From Candidatus Latescibacterota bacterium (GTDB taxonomy: Bacteria; Latescibacterota; UBA2968; UBA8231): a stretch of 64,000 nt of DNA. The position numbers and the translations under genes were made by a program. The stretch lies in the NCBI GenBank assembly GCA_965208105.1, contig OZ242318.1, positions 3,520,001 to 3,584,000 of the forward strand, read 5' to 3'. Of the stretch, positions 49,729 through 59,061 are shown in pieces (the stretch's first letter is position 1; each line of letters starts with the position of its first letter). The notes beneath the pieces are model-generated. The model had not been told where the DNA came from and did not search any database. It was given only the letters and a program-made list of their open reading frames with translations.

Positions 49729-50640
49729 ATGCAATACGACAGCGCCCGAAGGACCTTCGATTGCGACCCGACCCTGACCGACACCGAGGTGTTGGAGTTC
49801 TGCCGGCAGGGCTACCTGATCCTGCCCGGGGTGGTGCCCGACGAGATCAACCGGCGCACCGGCGACTACCTCGAGGGCAGAATCGAGGCCGAGCCCTGCT
49901 TTGTTCCTCCCGGGATGGGCACGGCGGACCTGGAGCGCATCCGCGCTTCCCACGAGCCCAGCACCATCCTGCTGGAGAGCTGGTTCATCGAGCAGGTGCT
50001 GCTCAACGAGCGACTGGCGGGGGTCATGAGGTCGCTTCTGGGGTCCGGCGTGGGCCTGCCGGTGCTGGCCAGCCATCACGGCGTGGACTGCCCCATGGAA
50101 GCCCAAGGCTGGCACCAGGACGCCGACCACATATTCGGCCCCGAGCTCAACTTCCTCGAGGTATTCTACTTTCCCCAGGACACGCCTACCGAGCTGGGCC
50201 CCACCGAGCTGGTGCCGGGCACTCACCTGGGTCCGCAGCAGCGTGAGACGGAGGAGAAGGGAGTCCTGAGCGACGGGCCCGCCGGGACCCTGGGCATCCA
50301 CCACCAGAGCATCCTCCACCGCAGGGCCGCCTCCACCGCCAGGGGCAAGCGCCACATGCTCAAGTACAACTACTGGCGCACCTCTCCGCCCCGGCGGGAC
50401 TGGCGCGTCGAGCCCGGCTTCGATCTGCACAGGGCCTACTACGGCGGCCACGCCGAGGCGCGCTACGTGGCCCACATGTTCTACTGGCTCTGCGGCCGCG
50501 GCGACCAGTACCGCATCATCGGGGGCCAGGGATGGCCCTGGTCGACGGAGAACCAGATCGGGCCCTCCTACGGCTTCGGCTGCACCGAGGGGAGCCTTCC
50601 CGACTGGCACCGCAGCAGCGCCGACGGCTACCTGCGCTGA
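49729..50640 (+). CDS. PhyH family dioxygenase
   Basis: WHQD, GPT.LVPGTH, ILHRR; paralogue of 21593..22462. Confidence 0.87.
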   Translation: MQYDSARRTFDCDPTLTDTEVLEFCRQGYLILPGVVPDEINRRTGDYLEGRIEAEPCFVPPGMGTADLERIRASHEPSTILLESWFIEQVLLNERLAGVMRSLLGSGVGLPVLASHHGVDCPMEAQGWHQDADHIFGPELNFLEVFYFPQDTPTELGPTELVPGTHLGPQQRETEEKGVLSDGPAGTLGIHHQSILHRRAASTARGKRHMLKYNYWRTSPPRRDWRVEPGFDLHRAYYGGHAEARYVAHMFYWLCGRGDQYRIIGGQGWPWSTENQIGPSYGFGCTEGSLPDWHRSSADGYLR

Positions 50641-50753
50641 GCCCGAGCGCGGGGAAGGCGCCGGTCCCGTCCGCTGCCCGGACTCGCCCGCCTCGACGGC
50701 GCCTCATGTTCCCGCCGCCGCCGACCGTCCGCCTCCGCGAGGGAAAACGGGTC

Positions 50754-51494
50754 CTACCCCTTCTGTCCCTTGCGCCACTCCTCGTATTCGGCCCTGGCCT
50801 CCTCGGAGAGGGGATAGTACTTCTTCAGGTGGCCGCCCCGGGCCAGCATCATGCGGCTGAAGTCCTCCCATTCGGCATGGGCGCCGGCCTGCTCCAGCAG
50901 CTCCGGGGCCAGCTTGACGGGAACGACCACGGCCCCGTCGTCGTCGGCGACGATGATGTCGCCCGGCAGGACCATGGTGGAACCGCAGGCGATGGGGACG
51001 TTGACGGCGTAGGGGAAGATATTGGTCTGGGTGTGGAAGTTGGGGGTGGTGCCCCGGAGCCAGAGTCCCAGGTCCAGGTCCTCCAGTACCTTGGGGAAAT
51101 CGCGGATGCAGCCGTCGACGATGGCGGCGATGCCGCCGCGGCCGCTGAAGAAGGTGAGCATCATCTCGCCGAAGACTCCGCTGCTCATGTCGCCGCGGGC
51201 GTCGACGACGATGATGTCGCCGGGGCGGGCGTGGTAGAGGGCGTGGCGGTGCAACTGCAGCTCGGGCTCGGCGTACTCGTCCACCGCGTACTGGTCTTCG
51301 CGCTTGGGCATGAACTGCAGGGTCAGGGCCGGGCCCACCACCTTCTTGCCGGGAGTCCGGGGGGTCAGGCCCAGGAGGTGGGGATCGCGGATCCCCATGC
51401 GCGCGAGCTCGCCGGCGGCGGTGGCGCTGCTGATCTGGGTGAAGCCCGCGATCAGCTCCCGCGGGGGACGCTCGATGTCGTGAGTTTCGATCAT
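50754..51494 (-). CDS. RraA/HMG-aldolase family protein
   Basis: GPALTL.F.P, FGEMM, V.DGCIRD, PGDIIVADDDG.VVVP. Confidence 0.88.
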   Translation of the reverse strand: MIETHDIERPPRELIAGFTQISSATAAGELARMGIRDPHLLGLTPRTPGKKVVGPALTLQFMPKREDQYAVDEYAEPELQLHRHALYHARPGDIIVVDARGDMSSGVFGEMMLTFFSGRGGIAAIVDGCIRDFPKVLEDLDLGLWLRGTTPNFHTQTNIFPYAVNVPIACGSTMVLPGDIIVADDDGAVVVPVKLAPELLEQAGAHAEWEDFSRMMLARGGHLKKYYPLSEEARAEYEEWRKGQKG

Positions 51495-51796
51495 GCTTCC
51501 TCCGGGAGAAAGGAGCGGATGGAATTTCCGGGGAATAATACGCTTTTGCGGATGGGCGGCCAAGCCGGGACCACGCGGTCCACGGAGCTGCCAAGAGGAG
51601 AATGAGGCCTCCTCATGCGGACTCCTTCCTGCGGCCTTCCATCCATTCCACGCCTCCGCGTTCATCCCTCTCCGACCGCATTGACAGGGAGCATGGGAGT
51701 CTCCATACTTCAGCGTCGGAGCCGGTATTGCCCCCGCCGGGACAGGTTCGCGGGCACCGCTCGCAATGCCGGACAACCGATCCGGAAGGAAGGACC

Positions 51797-52600
51797 ATGT
51801 CGGCCACCAGGGAGTTCTTCGAAGAGAATGGATACTACCATGCCCGCGGGGTGTACGATGCGGGCGAGCTGGAGGCGATGGAGGCGGAGTTCGACCGCAT
51901 CGTGGAGCAGATCAAGGCCGCCGAGGAGCCGGTTGACGCCACCTGGAGGGGAGCGAGCATAAAGAAGATCAAGGCCCGGGGCGACGTGGTGGTGCACACC
52001 CACAACGTCCACCGCTTCTCCGCCGTCTGGCTCCAGGCGGTCTTGCACCGGGGGCTCCTGGGGGTTGTGGAGGAAATCCTCGGGAAGGACATCGTCCTGC
52101 ACCACACCAAGCTTTTCCTCAAACCCCCCGAAAAGGGCTCGCCTTTCCCCATGCATCAGGACTGGACCTACTTCCCCACCATGAGGGACAGCATGATGGC
52201 CGGCATCATCCACGTCTCCGAGGCCACCGACGCCATGGGCTGCGTCCGCGTGTACCCCGGGGCGCACAAACTGGGGAGGGTGCCCAACAGCGGCGGCCAG
52301 TCGGACGTCGAGATGGAGCTGCAGCGCAGGTATCCCATCGAGGAGGCCACCGTTGTGGAGGCCGAGCCCGGCGACGTGGTTTTCTTCCATTACTTCATGC
52401 TCCACGGCTCCATGCCCAACCGCTCGAAAAAGAGCCGCAAGACGGTGCTGGTGCAGGTTTACTCCGGCGCCGACAGGGTGGAGGACGGTAACGGCCATCC
52501 GGACGAGCGCCTGGCGCTGCGCGGCTGGAATCACCATATGACCCGCAGCGCCGCGACCAGGAACCATAGCCTGGACGGCGAGCCGGGCAGACCGAGGTGA
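51797..52600 (+). CDS. PhyH family dioxygenase
   Basis: FLKPP..G.PF.MHQDW.YFP, GDVVFFH...LHGS.PN.S...R. Confidence 0.92.
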   Translation: MSATREFFEENGYYHARGVYDAGELEAMEAEFDRIVEQIKAAEEPVDATWRGASIKKIKARGDVVVHTHNVHRFSAVWLQAVLHRGLLGVVEEILGKDIVLHHTKLFLKPPEKGSPFPMHQDWTYFPTMRDSMMAGIIHVSEATDAMGCVRVYPGAHKLGRVPNSGGQSDVEMELQRRYPIEEATVVEAEPGDVVFFHYFMLHGSMPNRSKKSRKTVLVQVYSGADRVEDGNGHPDERLALRGWNHHMTRSAATRNHSLDGEPGRPR

Positions 52601-52695
52601 AGGAGCGGGGATGAGGCCTGCCACGTCCATGCCGGATCGGGGACTGCCCCGCCGGTCGAGCGCATTCGAACCAGGGCCGCGGCGGCGGAGACGGC

Positions 52696-53751
52696 ATGGC
52701 TAGGGGACCGCTGCGGGTGGGCATCGTCGGCATGGGCATCGGCAGGTCGAACGGCCGCGCTCTCCACGCCGACCCCAGGGCTGAGGTGGTGGCCCTGTGC
52801 GACCTCGAGGAAGACCGCATGCGCGAGTTCGCCGCCGAGTTCGACGCGGACCTTAGGCTCTACGCCGACTTCAGGAAGATGTGCCGCGACCCCGGGGTCG
52901 ACGCCGTGTTCGTGGGCACCCCGAACCAGTGGCACGTGCCGGTGGCCCTCGAAGCGGTGCGCCGCGGCAAGCACGTCCTGGTGACCAAGCCCCTGGCCCA
53001 CGCCGAGCGCCCGGCGCGCAGGCTGGTGGAGGCGGCGGAGGCGGCCGGGGTGGTGAACATGATGTCCCTGTCGACCCGCTTCAGCCCGGACTGCCTCTAC
53101 CTGCAGGAACAGGCGGAGGCGGGGGTCTTCGGTCAAATCTACTACGCCCGCTCGCGCTCGGTCAGGCGCAACGGCATCCCCGCCTGGAACCTCGGGTTCA
53201 TCACTCCCGGCGGCGGGGCCTTTCGCGACATGGGGGTTCACTTTCTCGATGCGGCCTGGGCAATCATGGGGCGTCCTCTTCCGCTGACCGCCACCGGGGT
53301 TGCCGGCGCCAGCTTCGGCCCCAGGGGCCGGGGCTACTCGCGTCCGACCACGCGGCGAGTGTGGAAACAGTACGACACCGACGATTACGCCGGCGGCTTC
53401 ATCCGCTTCGAGAACGGGGCCGGCCTGCAGATCGAGAGCTTCTGGGCTTCGCACCAGGCGCGGGAGGAGCAGATAGAGATCTTCGGCACCGAAGCGGGCG
53501 CCACCCTCTCCCCGCTGAAGCTCTTCCGCACCGACGAGGGCGGCCGCGAGATCGACCAGGAGGTGAGGCTGCCGGCCAGCGCCCCCGAAAGGTGGACCGC
53601 CATAGCTTCCCACTTCATCGAGTGCTGCCTCGACGGCAGGACCTGCCGGGCGCCGTTGCGCCAGGGCCTGCAGGTGCAGCAGATGCTGGAGGCGGTCCTG
53701 GCCAGCGCGGCCAGAGGCTCCGAGGTCCGCCTGCGCAACTTCGCGGCCTAG
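52696..53751 (+). CDS. Gfo/Idh/MocA family oxidoreductase
   Basis: GIVGMGIG, TPNQWH, GKHVLV.KP, GGG...DMGVH. Confidence 0.93.
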   Translation: MARGPLRVGIVGMGIGRSNGRALHADPRAEVVALCDLEEDRMREFAAEFDADLRLYADFRKMCRDPGVDAVFVGTPNQWHVPVALEAVRRGKHVLVTKPLAHAERPARRLVEAAEAAGVVNMMSLSTRFSPDCLYLQEQAEAGVFGQIYYARSRSVRRNGIPAWNLGFITPGGGAFRDMGVHFLDAAWAIMGRPLPLTATGVAGASFGPRGRGYSRPTTRRVWKQYDTDDYAGGFIRFENGAGLQIESFWASHQAREEQIEIFGTEAGATLSPLKLFRTDEGGREIDQEVRLPASAPERWTAIASHFIECCLDGRTCRAPLRQGLQVQQMLEAVLASAARGSEVRLRNFAA

Positions 53752-53849
53752 CAGCCGGGGAAAAACCTGGAATTCATCCGCCGCGGAAAGAGGGGTCAAT
53801 CCCCGCCGCCGGCATCTGATGTGGACCTGAAACGAGCAAAGGAGAAATC

Positions 53850-54740
53850 ATGCTGGAAATGAGCGATCGCGAGAAGTTCCTCTTCGACCTACAGGGCTTT
53901 CTCCACGTCAAGCAGATCCTCACCCCGGAAGAAGTGAAGGCGATGAACGACGCCATCGACGCAAACGTGCCTCCCTTCACCGAGGAGAACTGGACCGGCA
54001 CCAACGTCTACGGCGGCGGCATGGCGGGCAAGGCGTCCGACCACGGCTGCGGCGGCATGCTCACCTGGCCCCAGCCCTGGTGCCAGCCCTTCCGCGACCT
54101 GCTTGCCCACCCGCGGGCCATCCCCTATCTCAACACCATCTTCGGACGCGGATGGAAGCTGGACCACCGTCCCGGCTGCATCATGGCGCGCAAGGGCAAG
54201 GGCGGGCACGGCCTGCACGGCAACACCAGCCGCATCTTCGACGGGGCCCAGTTCTACAACTGCACCAACGGCCAGATCCGCACCGGGCTGACCGTGTTCC
54301 AGTACCAGTTGGCCGACATCAACCCGGGAGACGGGGGCATCACGGTGATTCCCGGCAGCCACAAGGCCAACTTCAAGTGCCCCGAGGACATCATGCTCTA
54401 CAACGAGGACAAGCAGTGCGTCTACAACGTTGCCAGCAAGGCCGGCGACCTGGTGATCTTCATGGAGGCCACCATCCACGGCGCCCTCCCCTGGACCGCC
54501 GACCACGAGCGCCGCTCCCTGCTCTACCGGTACTGTCCCAAGTACATGCAGTGGGCGCCGCACAACTACGGCGACCACGAGCTTCCGGAGTGGACCGCGG
54601 AATTGACCGACCAGCAGCGCGCCGTCCTCGAGCCCCCCTACATGGACAACCGGCCCCTCATCGAGGACGACGGCGAAACCCTGGTGCGCCCGGCGCACGA
54701 GCCCAAGCCCTACATTCCGCGCAAGATTCACGAGATGTGA
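53850..54740 (+). CDS. PhyH family dioxygenase with atypical metal motif (H-G-N)
   Basis: FLFDLQGF, GLHGNTS, IPGSHKANF, F.EATIHG, RRSLLY.Y. Confidence 0.88.
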   Translation: MLEMSDREKFLFDLQGFLHVKQILTPEEVKAMNDAIDANVPPFTEENWTGTNVYGGGMAGKASDHGCGGMLTWPQPWCQPFRDLLAHPRAIPYLNTIFGRGWKLDHRPGCIMARKGKGGHGLHGNTSRIFDGAQFYNCTNGQIRTGLTVFQYQLADINPGDGGITVIPGSHKANFKCPEDIMLYNEDKQCVYNVASKAGDLVIFMEATIHGALPWTADHERRSLLYRYCPKYMQWAPHNYGDHELPEWTAELTDQQRAVLEPPYMDNRPLIEDDGETLVRPAHEPKPYIPRKIHEM

Positions 54741-54785
54741 GCCGGGCCGGCATAACCGGCAGGCCATCTACCAAGGAGACCGGAT

Positions 54786-55679
54786 ATGTTCGAAGAGTTC
54801 ACCCGAACCCAGGTCGATGCAGGCGGGGTTTCAATCAACCTGAGATACGGCGGCAGCGGGGCGCCGGTGCTGATGCTGCACGGTTATCCGCAGACCCACG
54901 TCATGTGGCACAAAATCGCCCCCGCCCTGGCGCGTCACTACACCGTGGTCGCCCCCGACCTGCGCGGCTACGGGGACAGCGACAAACCCGCGCCGGCGCC
55001 GGGCGATTCCAGCGCCTACTGCAAGAGGGCCATGGCCCGGGACCAGGAAAGGGTCATGAGCGCCCTGGGGTTCGACCGGTTTCACCTGGTGGGCCACGAC
55101 CGCGGCGTGCGGGTCGGGCTGCGCCTTGCCCTCGACCATCCGGAGAAGGTGCTATCGCTGACCAACTTCGACGTCATGCCCTCGCAGGCCGCGTTCGAGG
55201 GGATGGACGCGATGCTGGCTTTCTCCTGGTTTCACTGGAATTTGATGCGGCAGCCGCCGCCGCTGCCGGAAACGATGATCGGCAACAGCGCCAGGGTCTA
55301 CATGGACTTCCTCTTCGACCAGTGGACCTCGGTGGAGGGCGCCATCACCGCGGAGGCCTACGCCGAGTACTGGCGCTGTTTCAGCGACCCCGCCACCATT
55401 GCCGCCACCTGCGCCGACTACCGGGCGGTGGAGCTTGACCTGGAGCACGACGCGGCTGACCGCGGCAGCAAGCTGGCATGCCCCGTCCTCCTCCTGTGGG
55501 CGGGCAACATGGCCAAGCGTCCGGGTTGGCAGACCGGAGGGGCACTGGACATGTTCTCGGCCTGGAGGCAGCGGGCCGACGACGTTCGCGGCAAGTCGCT
55601 TCCCTGCGGACATTTCATCCCGGAAGAGCTTCCTGAGGAGGCGGCGGCGGAGGTGCTGGGGTTTCTGGGAAGCGTCTAG
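54786..55679 (+). CDS. Alpha/beta hydrolase, fluoroacetate/haloacetate dehalogenase-like
   Basis: HGYPQT, GHDRG.R (Asp nucleophile plus two Arg), FHW, C.DYRA, GHF.PEE. Confidence 0.88.
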   Translation: MFEEFTRTQVDAGGVSINLRYGGSGAPVLMLHGYPQTHVMWHKIAPALARHYTVVAPDLRGYGDSDKPAPAPGDSSAYCKRAMARDQERVMSALGFDRFHLVGHDRGVRVGLRLALDHPEKVLSLTNFDVMPSQAAFEGMDAMLAFSWFHWNLMRQPPPLPETMIGNSARVYMDFLFDQWTSVEGAITAEAYAEYWRCFSDPATIAATCADYRAVELDLEHDAADRGSKLACPVLLLWAGNMAKRPGWQTGGALDMFSAWRQRADDVRGKSLPCGHFIPEELPEEAAAEVLGFLGSV

Positions 55680-55840
55680 CAGCCCGTTGATAAAGTTGCT
55701 CTGCAGGCGAGGCAGAGTCATGGCGGTCGAAGGCAAGGCGTGCGACCGAGGCGAATCGAGGGGATTCGGGGAGGGAGCGCAACGCCGTATTCGACCGCCA
55801 GGGCAGGCCGCAGCCCGGATGGACTTTTTCAACGGGCTGC
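55679..55840. mobile_element. MITE-like non-autonomous element (162 bp)
   Basis: Terminal inverted repeats GCAGCCCGTTGATAAAGT / ACTTTTTCAACGGGCTGC (17/18 match); internal IR TGGCGGTCGAA/TTCGACCGCCA; begins at the CTAG containing the upstream stop codon. Confidence 0.75.
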
Positions 55841-55946
55841 CAGGATAACAACCCGAAATTGGAGCCGCTCGAATCGCGGCGCTGGAGCGGAGCGATCCGT
55901 CCCCTGTCCGCCGCGGCCGCCGGGCGGATTCCCAGGAGAGATTCCC

Positions 55947-57080
55947 ATGACGATTCGCGCCATGAGAAGGCTGCCGGAGACCACCGCAAAGCTGGGAGGG
56001 CGGAGCCCCAGGGCTTCCGGCGACAACTGGCACATGACCTGGGCCGCGGACGGCAGCCAGTTCGTCGGGCTGTGCGACGGCTACGGCTGGCCCGAGATCC
56101 GCGGCCACGTGGAAAAGCCCTACAACAGCAGGATCTACAGGCTCAACGGCGATCCTCCCCATCCCGAGTTCGAGCACTTGGCGAGGTTCCCCGACCTCCT
56201 GTCCGAGCGAGGATCGGGCAGGATCAACCGCTACTATGGCTTCGGCATCCTCGCCCTCGACCAGCGGGTCTACCAGTTCCTCAGTACACCCAACACCCCC
56301 TTCTCCGTCGACGGGGCGCGCTTCGTCGGCGCCAAGCTGATCTACTCTCCTGATTCGGGCGAAACCTGGAAGAACCAGGACGGGTCCCCCCTGTGCTGGG
56401 AGGAATGGGACGCCCGCGACCAGGGCAACATGGTTTTCTTCGACGAGCCGGGCGAGGCCTTCTCGCTGCTGACTGTGCTGCAGATGGGCAGGAACTACGG
56501 CGACAATGCCGACGGGTTCGTCTACGTCTACGCTCCCAACGGCAACGTGGAGGGGGCCATGAACCAGCTGGTCATGTTCCGGGTGGAGAGGGACGGCCTG
56601 CTCGACCGCGGCCGCTACGAGTTCTTCGCGGAGCGCCGGGAGGACGGCTCCGCCCGCTGGAGCCCCAGCATCGAGGACCTAGGCGTGGTCCACACCTTTC
56701 CGTCCGGCTGGGTGAACACCATGCGCCACCCCTATGCCTGGCACCCCAGCGTCGTCTACAACGCGGCCCTGGGGGAGTACATGATGGTCAACTGGGGCAT
56801 GGGCAGCAGCGACGACGGCATGTGGTTCGGCAGGCCCACCTACCTGGGCATGTGGACGGCGAAATTTCCCTGGGGTCCCTGGACCCAGGTGCACGAGGAG
56901 GAGGAGTGGCTGCCCGAGGGGACTGCCGGCGCCCGGCCCTACCAGCCGCAGATATCGCCCCGGTGGATCGCCGCCGACGGAAGGTCGTTCTGGCTGGTGT
57001 GGACTGATTACCGGGACGTGGAGAAGCGCAAGCCCTACTACTGCTTCAACTATCAGAAGGTGGAGCTCGACGCGGACTGA
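55947..57080 (+). CDS. DUF4185-like beta-propeller protein, putative glycoside hydrolase
   Basis: GDNW..TWA.DG, DG.G, YS.D.G.TW, ADGFVYVY, SVVYN..L..Y, A..PWGPW. Confidence 0.7.
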   Translation: MTIRAMRRLPETTAKLGGRSPRASGDNWHMTWAADGSQFVGLCDGYGWPEIRGHVEKPYNSRIYRLNGDPPHPEFEHLARFPDLLSERGSGRINRYYGFGILALDQRVYQFLSTPNTPFSVDGARFVGAKLIYSPDSGETWKNQDGSPLCWEEWDARDQGNMVFFDEPGEAFSLLTVLQMGRNYGDNADGFVYVYAPNGNVEGAMNQLVMFRVERDGLLDRGRYEFFAERREDGSARWSPSIEDLGVVHTFPSGWVNTMRHPYAWHPSVVYNAALGEYMMVNWGMGSSDDGMWFGRPTYLGMWTAKFPWGPWTQVHEEEEWLPEGTAGARPYQPQISPRWIAADGRSFWLVWTDYRDVEKRKPYYCFNYQKVELDAD

Positions 57081-57129
57081 GGTGGGAGGATTATATATCG
57101 ATGAGTCCTGAATTTGAGAAGGGCCGCCC

Positions 57130-58962
57130 CTACCGATACTGCTCCGCTTGGGCATTGAACATTCGCGCGTACCAGCCCTTTTGGGCCAGGAGTTCCTCGT
57201 GACTCCCTTGCTCGACAAGCTCCCCCTGATGCAGAACGAGGATGTGATCGGCCATGCGTACCGTGGAAAAGCGGTGGGAGATGAAGATAGCCGTTCGGTT
57301 TGAAGTGAGGTCGGCGAACCGAGAGAAAACATCGCGTTCAGCGAAGGCATCGAGAGCGGCCGTGGGCTCGTCCAGAATGAGAATCTCAGCCTCTTTCATG
57401 AACGCGCGGCTAAGCGCGATCTTCTGCCACTCACCACCCGAAAGATCAACCCCCTCGTCGAATTCCTTTCCCAGGATGGTGTCGTATTCCTTCGGCAGGT
57501 CCTTGATGAGGTCCTGGGCACCGCCCTCGTAGGCCGCCCGCTCAATCCGGTCTGCATCTTCCAAGCGGTCTACTTGACCGAACCCGACGTTCTCCCTGGC
57601 CGAGAGGTTGTAGCGCATAAAGTCCTGGAAAATCACCCCTATTTTGCGTCGCAGGTCGGCCAGATCGTATTCCCGGAGATCCCGTCCATCCAGGAAAATA
57701 GCCCCTTCCGTGGGGTCATAGAACCGTGCCAAGAGCTTGACGACGGTCGTCTTACCTGCTCCGTTCTCGCCTACAACGGCTACCGATTCGTGCGCCCTGA
57801 TCGTAAAGGAGATGTTTTTTACCACATACTTGTCGGAGCCGGGATAGCGGAAGGAGACATGGCGGAACTCGATGCCCTGGTTTATACGGTCGGGAACGGG
57901 CATCGGCGACGCAGGTGGAGGCGCCAGCGCCCCCTCAATCGAACGAGGGTCGAGATCGAGGAACCGGAAGAGAATCCCGGCGAAGATCGTATGCTCGTAG
58001 AACAGCCCCAGATCCCTGAAGAGATTGGAGAACCCAGAGCGCCCCTGCTCGGCAGCCTGGAACGCAAGGGCCAAGGTGCCCACGCTGATATGGCCACCGA
58101 CCGTGCGCACGACCGCATAGGCCCAGATAGATGCCGTCCCCATCATCGTAATCAATCCCAGGAGAAAACCCAATCGTTCACTTGCGAAGTGGAGGCGAAA
58201 GGTTTCCTTGCCGAATGACTCCCAGAACTCGCTGAATCGTCGCAACAATTTCTCGTGCAGCGCGAAGACCCGCACCTCTTTGACTGCCTCCCGGGAGCTG
58301 AGCAGCCGGGACATGTATTCTGCCATCCGCCGGTCACTGGCCATGGCTCCGACCAAGGAAAACCGCTTTCCGGCGAAATGGCCGCCGACGATCACCTGCG
58401 GTGCCGAAGTGACGAGCAGGATTATGGGTGCGGCCCAATGTACTGAGAGCAGCACTGCCAACATGGCGGTAAGTCCCGTCAACGAGGTGACGATGGTCAG
58501 GCACAAGACGGCGAGGTTGTAGGCGCGGAAGCTGCTTTCGCTCCTGGCCTTCTCCATTTCATCATAGAAGGCCGGGTTCTCGAAAAATGCGATGTCCAGC
58601 CGAGCTGCCTTCTTGAGAATTAAATACTGGCTGTGCTGCCCGACGAGGAACCCGACCTTGGTCTGCAGTCCATTGGCTGCAGATCCACATAGAGAGCCCA
58701 GGACCCACACGCTGAAAGCACCAACGATCGGTATCAGAAGCCCCATCCAGTCCACGGTGGCCCCACCGCCATCACCCACGGCGCTGACTACGTTATCGAT
58801 GATAATCTTGGTGATCCATACCTGCGCTGCCGGAACAACCGCACCGATCATGCCCACAGCGACGGAGAGGAGGGCATACATCCTGCACGCATCCCAAATC
58901 AGGCGGATGCACCGAGGAAAATATTCGACGGTCTGGGCTATGGGCCTGAGGTTCTCTAGCAC
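57130..58962 (-). CDS. ABC transporter, fused permease/ATP-binding (peptide-exporter type)
   Basis: TM domain, FFENPAFYD, GENGAGKTT, LSGGEWQKIAL, LDEPT, SHRFSTVR. Confidence 0.93.
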   Translation of the reverse strand: MLENLRPIAQTVEYFPRCIRLIWDACRMYALLSVAVGMIGAVVPAAQVWITKIIIDNVVSAVGDGGGATVDWMGLLIPIVGAFSVWVLGSLCGSAANGLQTKVGFLVGQHSQYLILKKAARLDIAFFENPAFYDEMEKARSESSFRAYNLAVLCLTIVTSLTGLTAMLAVLLSVHWAAPIILLVTSAPQVIVGGHFAGKRFSLVGAMASDRRMAEYMSRLLSSREAVKEVRVFALHEKLLRRFSEFWESFGKETFRLHFASERLGFLLGLITMMGTASIWAYAVVRTVGGHISVGTLALAFQAAEQGRSGFSNLFRDLGLFYEHTIFAGILFRFLDLDPRSIEGALAPPPASPMPVPDRINQGIEFRHVSFRYPGSDKYVVKNISFTIRAHESVAVVGENGAGKTTVVKLLARFYDPTEGAIFLDGRDLREYDLADLRRKIGVIFQDFMRYNLSARENVGFGQVDRLEDADRIERAAYEGGAQDLIKDLPKEYDTILGKEFDEGVDLSGGEWQKIALSRAFMKEAEILILDEPTAALDAFAERDVFSRFADLTSNRTAIFISHRFSTVRMADHILVLHQGELVEQGSHEELLAQKGWYARMFNAQAEQYR

Positions 58963-59061
58963 TGAGCCTCATTCAAGGGTTCTCTAGTCTAAATCGACAA
59001 GGTATATTGGGTCCGATCAACACGGCGCGATCATTGCAAATCATCTCAAGCATGAACCGAT

